From contig CM119371.1 in assembly GCA_051294905.1 (NCBI GenBank), forward strand, positions 30,692,001-30,756,000: a stretch of DNA of 64,000 bases, read 5' to 3'. Every line of letters starts with the position of its first letter. The first letter of the stretch is position 1. The notes beneath the pieces are model-generated. The model ran no database searches, was not told where the DNA came from, and saw nothing but the letters and a program-made list of their open reading frames with translations. This document shows positions 1-12,100 of this stretch, in pieces. The translations under genes were made by a program, and so were the position numbers. The DNA comes from Botryllus schlosseri. Lineage: Eukaryota.

Positions 1-1470
1 CCGAACATATCATCAGCAGTTCTGTGGACAGAAAACTCAGTCATTTCAATGTTAGCAAATCCGAAAAAACGACCGCGCGCTCTGAGGACGCTCTGAGGGC
101 TGGGCCCAATTTCTTCTCGTTTTGGAAAGCAATTGATTTCTGCTGTAAATCGCTGTTATGATAACGTAAAAACTATTATTGTGTTTATTACCAAACAATT
201 GCTTCCTGCAACGCGCAAAGATGTTCTTCCTAATTTGAGACTTTCCTTCCGCATCTCGATTTCTCGATATTACATGGCGATATTTTTCAGATAGTGTTTT
301 CAGTGAATTTCCTGTCTTCATTGTCGGGTTCTCTTTTCTTTGTATTTCATCAATTATTTTCCTATTTATGTTCTCTCGGTGCAATGCAGATATAATAGAT
401 GCCATCAAGACTGGATCTGCTGTTTATTTGCAAAAGTAGGGCGTATGGAAAGCGGGACAGGAACTGCAATGGGGCGTTAATATGGAAATGACACCCTAGC
501 AATTTTAAGGGGTGGGGTGAAATATTTGATGCACACCCAAAAGAGTAGGCTGAGTTTAGGCCATATACAGCTATAGGGAGGATAGGTTATGTTTTCGTGT
601 ACCACCTGTCGGCGTGCGTGCACACACGCTAAGAGTGTGCAATCACCTTAACCATCGATCCGAAAAAATGTTGCTTCTATCAGGTCGGCATCTCCTTGAA
701 AATCGATAAGTCCAGATCAACAACCATTACAAAAACATTCAAATCCATCCAAATCAGGCAAAATTGCACAAATCTCTATTTCTCTTCGTTACGTATCATA
801 TTATGAAATCGTATATGCGACGAGACGGGCAAGGTAACCACAAATGTCCATTTCTCCGCGAATCTGTGGGTCACACAGTAGCATCATTAGCCAACATCAC
901 GGTGTCCATTCTGTTATCAGAGATAACCAGATTCGATAAAGTTTAATGCGTGTTGGAGGCCGGCGTATTGTAACGTCGCTCTATAAGACAGGCTACATAT
1001 TTTTGAATTACAGTGATGTTTCTGTCGAATAGATATTGCGTGATGATCATCCTGCAAAAGCAGATAAATTATTTCCAAGTTCAACAAATTGGGCCAATCT
1101 CCATACCAATGAAAAATTCGAGGCTGATTGTGGGAGTTCCAGGGCCGCGTGCGGAATAAGATTTATATTTTCGTAATCAGTGCAGAGTCAGCTTTCGATT
1201 GATACCCGTTTTACCAAATTTAATGCTCGGCAAGCCGGTCAAAAATGACCGTCAAATTGACTGTAGCCAAATGGAAATTGTGACGTGAGACAATTCCACT
1301 GAGGCGTGAGATTTGCCTGTGTCGACACCATATAGGACACTATGGTTTTACTCTGGTATTTGTGTTGCATAATATTCTAAAATTATGCATTGTCGTAGAG
1401 ATATTATGACATCATAGATGAAAGGAACTCTCGTGACGTACACACCACATGATTTCGCTTCTAAGTGGTG

Positions 1471-2614
1471 CAGTGACGTGCGGTCCAATGAGGCAGGTGA
1501 GGCAGTCGTCTGGATGAGTAAGGGAATATTGTGAAACCCCTCCATAGTTAATGATTATATTGATGTTACACATCGATGTTCATAAATAACTAAATTGGAA
1601 CATTTTTTCGCCAAACGTCATCAATTTGAATCATTATTATTCAAAAATACAGCGCGAAAGGAGATGTGAGGCACGGGTGAGGAACGGGCGGGTCGTGCCT
1701 CACCTGCAACAATGCAATTCATCAGAAATAGCTCGGAATTCCTAATAACTGGAATCAATGAAATGCTATAGTAACACTGATTCGGAAAACCTAAATATTA
1801 ACAGTGTCAGAGCACCAGAACCCCCAAAAATCGCCCAGGAAGTTGACCTTCGCCTTTATTACAGACAATGCCATCATAGACAAACAATGGCTAAGTGAGG
1901 CACAAACGAATCTGGTTCATGCACTATTCGCTAACAATTGGACAATCGAAACCGAGTGAAACGCGCTACCGATTTCGGAATCCAACAGTGTTGTAGGAAT
2001 TATATAAGAATAAAGCGACGGCCAATGCGTAATGCGAAGCCAATACATTCCCTTACTTATTTTGTAGCGGTTATGTATTTTGCACCAATAGCTACGTTAA
2101 ATTGTGGTATGTGATAGCTATTTTCATAGGCTGCATTGTCGTTGTTTGTGTCCTTTATGCTGTGTTCGACTGCAATCCCTTTAACCGTTAATTGTGGTAA
2201 GTGATTGTGATAGCCATACTTACAAAGCCTGCGTTGTTGTTTGTGGTAGTGGTGCCACTCCTAAACACTTGATCTAGTGTATTTTGACTTGACCTAGTGC
2301 ATTTTCTTTCGAAATTCAGCAAATCTAGTGTTTTTTTACTGAATAAAATTTCTAACTGAGGATGCTTTTTTCATGTTCTTCGAATAATTTATACCGGAAG
2401 GCCTACTTGAAAAGATAGTAATTATTATTCGTCTAAACATGCCCATTTGGCACAATAGCGACCGGTCCTACATGTATTATAGAATGTGAAATTGCAACGG
2501 CTACCAGTGTGCAAAGATGAAAATATTCTCTTTACGTGCGTGCTGTTCTTTTGTATGTGTGTGGGGGGGGGGGGGGGCGTGCCTCACCAGCCGTGAACCT
2601 CACCGCACGTACTG
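1471..2614. mobile_element. Non-autonomous hAT-type DNA transposon
   Basis: Termini CAGTGACGTGCGGT / ACCGCACGTACTG are inverted repeats; 8-bp TSD AAGTGGTG at 1463-1470 and 2615-2622; subterminal TGAGGC/GCCTCA repeats. Confidence 0.8.
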
Positions 2615-2639
2615 AAGTGGTGGGATAGCTAGGGCAGTG

Positions 2640-2893
2640 TGTTTGTTTGTAGGTATTCGTGGTGTTTGTCGACTAGGCTACTATGGTCCATATTCTTCAT
2701 TTTTAGTTCGTAACTGCGGACTTATAACACGGCCCACTTCTAGGCTTTCTGTAAGACACCGCTTAAACGGATGAGGTTGCGAGGAGAAGTCTAGATAAAC
2801 TTCCAACGCTTAGGTATATGAATTCTGAAGTTGACCTCGGTCGGACTCGAACCCGCATCCCATTGGTATTGCAGCCACTGCGCTATCTCGCCA
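2640..2893 (-). mobile_element. tRNA-derived SINE (family also at 57056-57345, 61976-62170, 48938-49035)
   Basis: Minus strand starts TGGCGAGATAGCGCAGTGG (A-box-like), then GGTTCGAGTCC (B-box), a shared body and a (CAAA)n tail; clearly homologous to the TSD-flanked copy at 57056. Confidence 0.8.
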
Positions 2894-3720
2894 AGTATAA
2901 GTGCAGTGAGTCGGAGTGGTGGTATAGCAGTTTTGGCTGTACCAAGCTATCACGGTGGACCTCATTTTAGCATGATGTTTTTCAACTCTGGATGGATTTA
3001 GTTCAATTTGTGTTAAAACTTTCCAGGTTTCAACAATGTCAATAATCCTAATTATAATTCGATAATTAATTTTTACTGATACTGCACCTTGCACTAACCA
3101 GAAGATGTCCCTGAATGAAGAATAAGTACTGAATGCGTGTAGTTGTGCTATTGGTTTTTGATCTAGCCCATGGTCAGGTACTTAATGAAGTAATTAACTG
3201 AAAATTGTTTCGCGTTCCGTGCCACTTGCTCATCTGTTCTTTCGCATATTTGGCGTCACGGTAACGTTTGGAAAACTGCAAAACTATCCTGTAATAGTGC
3301 GATCCAACTTTCTAACCGGGAAATCAGTGGACTATATTCGGTACTTAGCAACAGACAACCTCGGAGTTTATGATCCCCATAAACCTATAGTAATTTCCAT
3401 TGCTCGTGGTGTAATGTTCGAATCCGCCATAGCCTCTTATGGTTGGTGTTCTAGTAAATATTATTTTGCCTCTTCTAAAAATCGCTATTCATCGAAGCAA
3501 TAATTAAAATCATGATTTTTACTCATAATAAAAAAAATAAAAAAAAACATGAGATGAATGAGGACAATGCCAATTTGTGTATTGGACCATATCAAATCAA
3601 CTCAGTATTGCGCAGCTTGGAATCACCATCTCATAGCTCAAAACGTTCAAACTCACTGGCAATAATGGGTCGCCAGAATCTCCATTAACCCGTTCCCAGA
3701 CGTGTTGATTAGAGCTGGTG

Positions 3721-4045
3721 CAGGGTTGCTGGTCACAAATTTCAGATCACAAGTCAATCTCACTTTCACAGTTTTGACGATAGCCATATCGAATCATTTT
3801 CAAGGCACCACAGAGTCAAGTCCTAGTCGGAGTTAGGGTGTAGAAGTGGCATTATATCTTTGCGTTAGCAAAAAGTTTAAATATTTCAATTTTCCATGTT
3901 ATTTATATAGCAGTTATTTCAATAATGTGTGATACTCGAATACTTGACTAGAAACCAAATACTCGATTCATAATCGAATCCCTCAGGTAATCAAATTTCG
4001 ATCAGCCCTAATGTTGAGTCAAGTCGGAATCACCAATAACACTAG
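3721..4045. repeat. Degenerate MITE-like repeat rich in CAAGTC/CTCGAGTC motifs (relative of 43418-43850)
   Basis: Both copies begin CAGGGTTG and share ...TCACAAGTCAA.CTCACTT...AGTTTTGAC...GAGTCAAGTCC. Boundaries approximate. Confidence 0.45.
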
Positions 4046-4604
4046 CATATGCAATATGCATCATGGGTATCATGAGTGGTTTCTGGATGCGAATAACTAT
4101 GTCCGGTTTAAATACGATGCACATGGTTGTTCAATAATAAACCGACTTCACGCATCTCCCCAGAATATAAAACAGCCGCAAAAACTCAATAAAATCATTA
4201 CGGAGGAATTAAAATCAAATACCAATGGTTAAAACCTGATATATATCGCACTGATTAAAATCGACATTATGGACTTTCATCGGAGAGAACGTGGGAATAA
4301 CCAATATTTGCCAATAAATAATATTTCTCATAGTGTAACACTCTGTAGATTTTTCCATATCAATGTAAGTAAATTGAAAATCAATGATTTCGCAATGAGT
4401 CATGGTTTACTAGGGTGAAGTGAAAACAACTTTTTTTTTAATCGAAAGAAGGGGGTTCTTGAATTCCAACCAATGACCTAAAACTAAAATGACATATTTC
4501 TTTGAGAATTGCCCCCATGTTCTAGCCGTCCAAGCACTCAATCTGTGCACGCAAGGCGGCAAAGATGGCCATTAACAAACTAAATTAAATATAATATAGC
4601 TGAC

Positions 4605-6002
4605 CTTGGTAAAGATCGTTTTGTGATTTGGAGTAGACGACGCCTGCCACGAATCGTCGCACAACGGACCATCGTTCTTCATCGAGATGTTCTGCATCGA
4701 AGCTAGAGAACTCGTTGATCTTCATTTCTGCTATGAAAATCGCTGCCAGATATTCTTGAAAGCTTTGATGACAGAAAAAGAATCTGAAATTTCCTTGCAC
4801 CAAATGTTGGCTTAGTCGGTTCTTTCCCGGAACTTTCATCATCAAATCTTGGACTTCCTCTGCCGAAATTCCAAATTCCTTCAAGTCCTTCTCTTTGAAC
4901 ACGACCCGCCCTTCTCTCATGCCTCGAAATGCCAATGCCTTCAGTTTGTTGACGATCGATAAAATTTGTTTCCGACTTCGAATGTTTTCGACGTTTTGCA
5001 GAGCAGATATGATCCTGTTGTATAGTTCTGTTACCGTTGTTGGAGGAGGTTTATCTGGATCCCTTCCCATCACAACTGCCGTTATAATCAGTAAAACGGG
5101 CACAGAGATTAAATTCAGCAATCTTGGTGACATGGTTTCAATTTTCTGCCAGAGCTCCTCGCCATTCTCTTTGAGTAAAAATACAAATAACCTATGCGCG
5201 TCTTCAAACGTAAGGCCATTCAGCGTGATGATGGTTTCGGGTCGCGCCATCGCCGGTAACTCTGAAACCTTGAACTCACGTGAAGCTATGTAGACATTAA
5301 CGTGACGCAGGATATTCCGGGATAAAATGTTGTACATGACTGTCCAGCAACTTGCTTTTTCGTGTTTTCTGATTTTGCGTAGATTTTTCTCGTCAAAATC
5401 CCACCTCGCTTGATCGAGTCCGTCGAATATTAGGACTGCCTCGGATTGATGTTTATCCAGCCATTTAAATGCCTGATCCTCTTCGAATTCATTTTCGAAG
5501 AGCCCTCCAAATAAAAATTTTGATGGTTTAATATCGCCCTTAACTTCAACGTCTTTCAATTCAATATAATGGACCATTGTTCCACCGTCACAGGACAGAT
5601 CTTCAACATGCACAATTTTGGGGGATGCGCTGAGAGCTCGTCGAGCTATTCTGCGTGTAAGTGTGGATTTTCCCGATCCTGCAGATGCCACAATAGCGGT
5701 TATACCAACTTTTCCTGATGAGCCTGATTTTTTCTTTTGCCACATGGATGCCACTACGTCCTCGATCCCGATATCTTTCGCTTTAATTGTGTCCTTCTGC
5801 AAAAATCCAACTTCCTGTGTCAGCTGATTATGACCATAGCGGCCTTTGTAATAATCATCAACGTCAACTTGACGCATCTGTGGGTAGACTTCAAAATCCG
5901 GTTGCTGAAGCTTTTCATGCCGAAAATCATCAAGGATATCAATGGCCGTCACATCCATGGTATTTTCGTTGCAGATTTGTAATAACTTTTCGTTACTGAT
6001 AT
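4605..6002 (-). CDS. NACHT-domain exon of an NLR-like protein
   Basis: Within the 517-aa ORF: Walker A ASAGSGKST, Walker B AVLIFDGLDQ, sensor-1-like IASR, GLTFEDA, ISVPVLL, TTVTELY, LAFRGM and winged-helix FFFCHQSFQEYLAA. Splice sites tttcag|AT and CAAG|gtcag give a 1398-bp phase 1-1 exon. The ORF's N-terminal ~45 aa run into an intronic transposon end. Confidence 0.9.
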
Positions 6003-6065
6003 CTGAAAAATAATAAATGGAAATTATAGATATGAAAGATAGAAAAAAGTTCAAATCTACTACAG

Positions 6066-7266
6066 TAATGGTCGGGAACCTATGGCTCGCGAGCCATATC
6101 TGGCTCTTTTGGGTACAACATATGGCTCTTTGCCACATATATATTTTGGTACTGAATTGATCAATATTGCAGCGACGTGTTAGTAAATTTTCATCACGGT
6201 CAAAATAATTGTTGTCGTGACAGTATAAACATGTCTTTGAGAGGTAAAGACAATGCTGTCTTCAGGTTTAGGGGCTCGGACCTCCTCTTTTCAAAATCAT
6301 CAAATTTAAGTAACTGCCATGCCGGCGGTCAATATCACTTGCAAATTCTATGCGCCAGTATTTTTTGTGTTATACTGGATCCGAACCTCGGCTCCTGTTA
6401 ATTGGCAGGCTAATGATTAGTTCTCTGATTGCGCCGTCCATTTAGTTGCCTTATATAACGACTACTCGTGCTGTTAGAATGTTTCTTCTGTAATAAACGT
6501 TTATCGCGTGTCGGCATTGTTCCGTGGTGCAATAGGGAGTACAGACTCTGTATATCCTGGCGTGGTGGCAGCGATGGGATTCGAACCCACGCCGTCGAAA
6601 TGACTGGTGACTCAAACCTCCTGGCGATGTATCCGAAACGAAATATTGAATTGTCCGATACTTTGAATCAAAGAGCATAGCAGACATGGCGAAGCCCATT
6701 TCAAAACGCAGTTTTCAAATACACATTGTCTTCCTGATCTACGTCGCGAAATGAACAGTTGTGGATGTGATATTCCCAATTACAAACTCCAATTACAAGC
6801 AATGCCATAGCTATCCACGTTCCACGTTCTCCACGTTCTGTGTAGTACCGACGATAAAATGTATGTGTGTAGCGCAACGTTATGTTACCGCCGAATACTT
6901 TGAGAATTGAGAAGTCGATAAATATTTAGATTTTCGGAATCAGTGTGACAGTCCCATTTGAATGATATCAGTTATAATAAATTCTAAGCTACTTACGATG
7001 AATTGTGTTATCGTTGGTGGGGCTTGGCCAGTCTGCATCTTACCTCTCCTTTCGAGCTTTATTTTCCAACGATAAATGCCAGTTTATACACAGATAATGA
7101 GGTTAATACGAGGAATCCCATGTAGTGAGTTCAAATCAGTGCTATTATGACGTCACGAATTTCAAATTGTGACGTAACAGTTGATTGGTATGTAGGCTCT
7201 TTAGGAGTTGAGGTGGAAAAATAGGGCCAATATGGCTCTTCGGACAAAAAAGGTTCCCGACCACTG
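6066..7266. mobile_element. Non-autonomous hAT element, same family as 58770-59808 (opposite orientation)
   Basis: Ends (T)AATGGTCGGGAACC / GGTTCCCGACCACTG; shares TGGCTCGCGAGCCAT, GGCTCTT and GCAGTTTTCAAATACACATTGTCTTC blocks with the reverse complement of 58770-59808. Confidence 0.75.
6563..6618 (-). pseudogene. tRNA-Leu 3' fragment ending in CCA
   Basis: Minus strand CACCAGTCATTTCGACGGCGTGGGTTCGAATCCCATCGCTGCCA-CCA resembles the long variable arm, T-arm and acceptor 3' strand of tRNA-Leu; the 5' half is absent. Confidence 0.65.
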
Positions 7267-8958
7267 TAACTAATAGATACAGTTTGTCGATCAGTCGTTC
7301 TCGCACGGTAATTTGACTGCAGATGAACGCGTGCGATAAGACTTTGTTTGGTCAGGACTGGCTATAGCTGAAAGATAACAACCCCAGTAATGATAATGAA
7401 TTCCCGCACAAGGAAAACCATAATTATTGTGACAGTCGTCCATATTTTTCTACGCAAACGTGAATACCAGGTTGGGATAACTATTAGCATGATAATAAAA
7501 ACGACAGATCAGCATGCGACACTTTAGCATGCGTTACTTTGGCATGTGGTTTCACAACCCTAAAACTTACCATAACCCTGAAATCGACTCTCATAAATAT
7601 CCTAACCGCAAACGTAACAATAACCCTAACCCAATCCTCAATATAACTAAACCAGCGGTTCTCAAACTTTTTGGACGAGCGCCCACTTTGGCGATGGTCA
7701 AACCCCACCTGACCCCCTGTACTTATCGTCATGTCAAAAAGAGCACATCATCTAATACAGAGGTGGGCAATGTTTTTGCTAATCACGGCCGCATTTCGAT
7801 TTGTTTATGTAGCTTAAGGCCGCATTCCAGGGCATAGTCGTAATGAACTAACTGGACACAACATGCCTATGTTGAACTGTCCATACCATTCCCGGTGATC
7901 TCCGGACCATTCTACTTTTCACGACGGCCTATTGTACTCACCGAAATCGTGAGTGGCAATGTTATGAACAGTTGCTGGGATTGCGTATTGTCGCGTAGAG
8001 CGCGAAAATTTTTCAGTTTCACGAATGAATTTCGTAATTAATAGTAGCAGTGTCACATATTACTTTCGACTATTTATCCTTTCTCAGCCCATGTGATCAG
8101 ATTTACCGGTAGCATTGATGGCGGGAGTCCTTTCTAAAATTAAGGGCAAGTTATAAATGATAATGCATCTTCGGGTAGACCAATTGCTATTATAGTAACT
8201 TTGTTGAATGCCGTTACTTCTTGATCCTCCATCAGGATTCTCGATTGTATCGGTAGTGGAAATATATTGAAATCGCACAAATGTACCTTCTTTCATGAGG
8301 AGCACACGATTCCGATTCCAGCCCAGATTGAGAAGGGTGCTACTATAGTATAATAGTATACACAGGGCCGTAACAGCACTTCGTCAGCCCCCCCACAAAA
8401 CAACGTTGGTCTTGGGCCCCCCATAGGGTGATAAACTGAACTTCTGGGGGGATACGCCCCTGATACTCCCTCGGGCTATACGTTGTTACCGCTACTTATT
8501 GTCTACAGTGGGTCAGCATTTCTTGCCTAAACGCGCGAGGAGCGGGAAATTGCTGAAATTCATGACTGAATCGTCAATGTGATCGGGAATTGCATACATA
8601 TTGCTATCAATTTTTATCATCTCTCTGCTTACGTAATCTAATTTACCGGTAGAGCTGAGTGAGGTGTGTTTGAAAAGGTAGGACCCCTCAATAAAAATTA
8701 AACATCTCCGGGTGTATAGCCGTTGGCAGGTACGAAACAGCACTTCGTCATGCCCTCCACAAAACTTGAGCCTTGAGCTCCTCTGGGGTGATAAACCGAC
8801 CCCAATCACGTTGTTCGCTTGTGCCACGAAACCATAGTGGTACCATTACATTGAGCCAGCGGGAAGCGCGAAAATTTTCGATAATTCATGATGGAATCGG
8901 TCATTAAGATCGGGAATTGCATATATATTGCTATCCATTTCTTGTCCTCTGTGCTCAC

Positions 8959-9155
8959 TGTTGTGTTCCTCTTAAACTATTTCTTGATCTTCTATCAAAG
9001 AAGGCTATACCGATGCAGTACAAGTACGACCACGTTTATTCACGACCAAACCTTAACAGAACTACGACACACGAAATACTAACGACGGCAGGAACACAGG
9101 AAAACAATCAACGAGCACGAGTCATTATCGACAAACGCAAAGTAATTCCACAACA
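8959..9155 (-). repeat. 3' LTR
   Basis: TGTTGTG...CACAACA; I see 2 differences from the 5' LTR; AATAAA on the minus strand; preceded on the minus strand by PPT AGAAGGGAGG (9156-9165). Confidence 0.95.
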
Positions 9156-9178
9156 CCTCCCTTCTAACATGAGAGTTA

Positions 9179-12100
9179 TTACAAATCAAGAATAACTCTC
9201 GGTTTACGAGTTCGTTTGGAGCGTCTCGGGTTATGAGGTCCATATTCCGGTAATTCACGGACTTCCGGAGAGGCATGACGCATTGCCACGATATTGTTTC
9301 TCGGAGGGCTTACTACCCTTTGATAATTGAAAGCAGGTACATCAGGTGTGATGCCAGGCTCGCTGTCTTCTTCAATTCCATACCTTGGTCGAAGTTGATC
9401 AATGTGTCTTCTCCACGTAGGACCACGCGGATGAACCATAACATTGACGCTGCGAGAACCAAATACCTTGGTAACTGTCGCAGGTACCCATTTGGGCTTT
9501 TTATTCTTCTTCGGCCCATAATACAGAGCATAACAAGGTGTGCCAACCGTGAATCGATTGACTGAAGCCTTTACTTGCTTCTCAACTTCTCTCACTTGCT
9601 TGCCTTGAGCTGCATGAGCTGGAGATGGCAGTAGCGTATCAATCATTGTTCGAATCTGTCTGCCATTGAGGAGCTGACTCGGAGATAATCCACTTGCAAG
9701 CGGCGTTCTCCTGTACAACATGAGGAATTCCTGTAATGCGGCCTTAGCCGGCAAACTTGATTTGCGTAGTGCGCGTTTGAATGAGTCAACCAGCTTTTCT
9801 GCGGCGCCATTCGTAGATGGGTGATACGGTGCACCTGAAAGGTGGATAATTCCTCTTTCTTTACACCATTTCTGAAACTCTTCAGACTTGAACGTACTTG
9901 CATTGTCAGACACAATGGTAAACGGATATCCAAAATGTGCAAAGTCCTGTTCCAGTAATCCGATCGTTTCCTTGCTTGAAACGGAATTGGTCGGGTGGAT
10001 GCAAGGATATTTAGAATACGAGTCCGTCAATACGAGCCAATTGGTTCCCATGAATTCGATTGCATGGTCGACATGAACTCTCATCCACGGCTTCTCAGGT
10101 AACATCCAAGGATGGATGCTTGCCTTCTTAGGAGCGTTCTGATTTTCACAGCATGAAACACATCTGTGACACGTGTCCACAATATCATTGTCCATTCGCG
10201 GCCAATACACAGCACTACGAGCAAGTTGCTTCATACGTTGCATTCCAAAATGTCCCAAATGAAGAATATCCAACACCTTTCTTTGCAGACTCGAGGGAAT
10301 TACGATTCTCGCTCCAGAAAACAAACATCCGTTTTCAACAGATAAACATGTGGATATCTTACGAAAATCTTCAATCGAATATCCTTGATCTTTGGTGCTG
10401 GCAACATTTTCTGGCCAGCCCACTCGGGTGTATCTCATCACAGCAGAAATGACAGGATCTTTGCTGGATTCTTTTGCCAATATACCAGGATCAGAAGGAT
10501 TAATCTGTTGGCTCACAGTACGTACTGTGCTAACAATGTTCATATTTTCCTCTTCCTCCCCTTTATCAAATACGGAGTCATGACTGAACGGAAGTCGACT
10601 CAATGCATCAGCATTACCGTGTTGCTTTGTATTACGATATTCAATATCATAATCGTATTGATTCAAAGTCAGTGCCCATCTTGCCAGACGATTTGCTGCG
10701 AGGGCCGGTATCGCTTTGCTTGGTCCAAACAATGCCAGTAGAGGTTTATGGTCAGTAACCAATATAAACTTTCTTCCATACAAGTATTGATGATACTTCT
10801 GGAGAGCAAAAATGATAGCCAAAGCTTCTTGGTGAATCTGGCTATACTTTCGTTGAGTTTCCGTCAACGTTTTGGACATGTAGGAAATTGGCTTCTCAGA
10901 ACCATCTTCAGAACGGTGAAAAAGTACGCAACCAATTCCTACTTCCGAAGCGTCACATGATAATCCTAACTTCTTTGTTGGATCAAAGTGAACTAGGAGC
11001 AAATCTGCACATAGCATTTTCTTCAATTCTTCGAATGAATCTTGCTCATCTTTACCCCAAAACCACGGGATTCCCTTTCTTGTAAGACGGTGTAACGGTT
11101 CCGTCACCGCTGACAGATTGGGTAAAAATTTACTGTAGAATTGTACTTGGCCCAGAAATGATCTGAGACCAGAAATGTTAGATGGAGCAGGCATTTTCAA
11201 CACTGCCTCCACTTTCGAACCTTTGGAAATACCGGCACTTGATAATTTGTGACCTAGGTATTCGACTGACGGTTGTGCGAATGTGCACTTTTCTCTTCGG
11301 CATCGGAGACCTTTATCTTGAAGTCTCTTCAATAACGCACGGAGATTATTCATGTGATCGGCGGCGTCGACGCCGCTGACCAAAATGTCATCCAGGTAAA
11401 CAGCTACACCTTTCAAGTCGGCAGTCATCTGATTCATGATTTCAGTGAAATAACCTGGTGCTGAAGAGATTCCGAAAGGTAACCTCATTTGCAGCAAGAC
11501 ACCGCGATGCGTGCTGAGAGCAAGTCTCTTTTGACTCTCTTCACTCAGTTGAACTTGGTTATAGGCATCAGCCAAGTCAATCTTCGTAAAACCATATCCA
11601 CCGCCCAATTTCTGCATGAGCTCTTCCGCGAGTGGAATAGGTTGTCTATGCGTTTCAAGTTGCGAATTAACTGTAACAGAATAATCGCCGCACACACGAA
11701 TCTTTCCCGATTTACTACCAGGAAGCGATCGTTTACGAATTGGAACAACTGGCGTACCATAATCATTAAAATCGACAGGTTGCCACACACCTTTGGCTAT
11801 CCCTACATCATACGATTGGGATAACTCATCACGGATAGCAAACGGTACTGGGCGATATTTACAGAAAATAGGTTTCGCATCATTTTTAAATCGAATGTCT
11901 AGCTTAACATCCTTTAAACAACCCAATTCAGATTTGAAAAGTTCTGGGAATTCGTTACTGATATCCTCACAGCGTTTGGCCAATTCCGAAAAATCAACAT
12001 TGGAAAGTGATTTTACAACACTGTTACCGTATAGCAGCGCATCAATTGAAATTCCCAACTTCAATATTCCACTACGGCCTATCAAGTTCAAATTCGGTAT

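Noticed and set aside
52..408. 118-aa minus-strand ORF as the terminal exon of the NLR gene
   Set aside because: No recognisable motif and no convincing splice support; cannot be assigned from sequence alone.
6003..6138. N-terminal extension of the 517-aa ORF as real protein
   Set aside because: It lies upstream of a good splice acceptor and overlaps the terminus of a hAT element.
7555..7640. CCCTAA-like repeats as interstitial telomere
   Set aside because: Only a few degenerate, irregularly spaced units; too weak to call.
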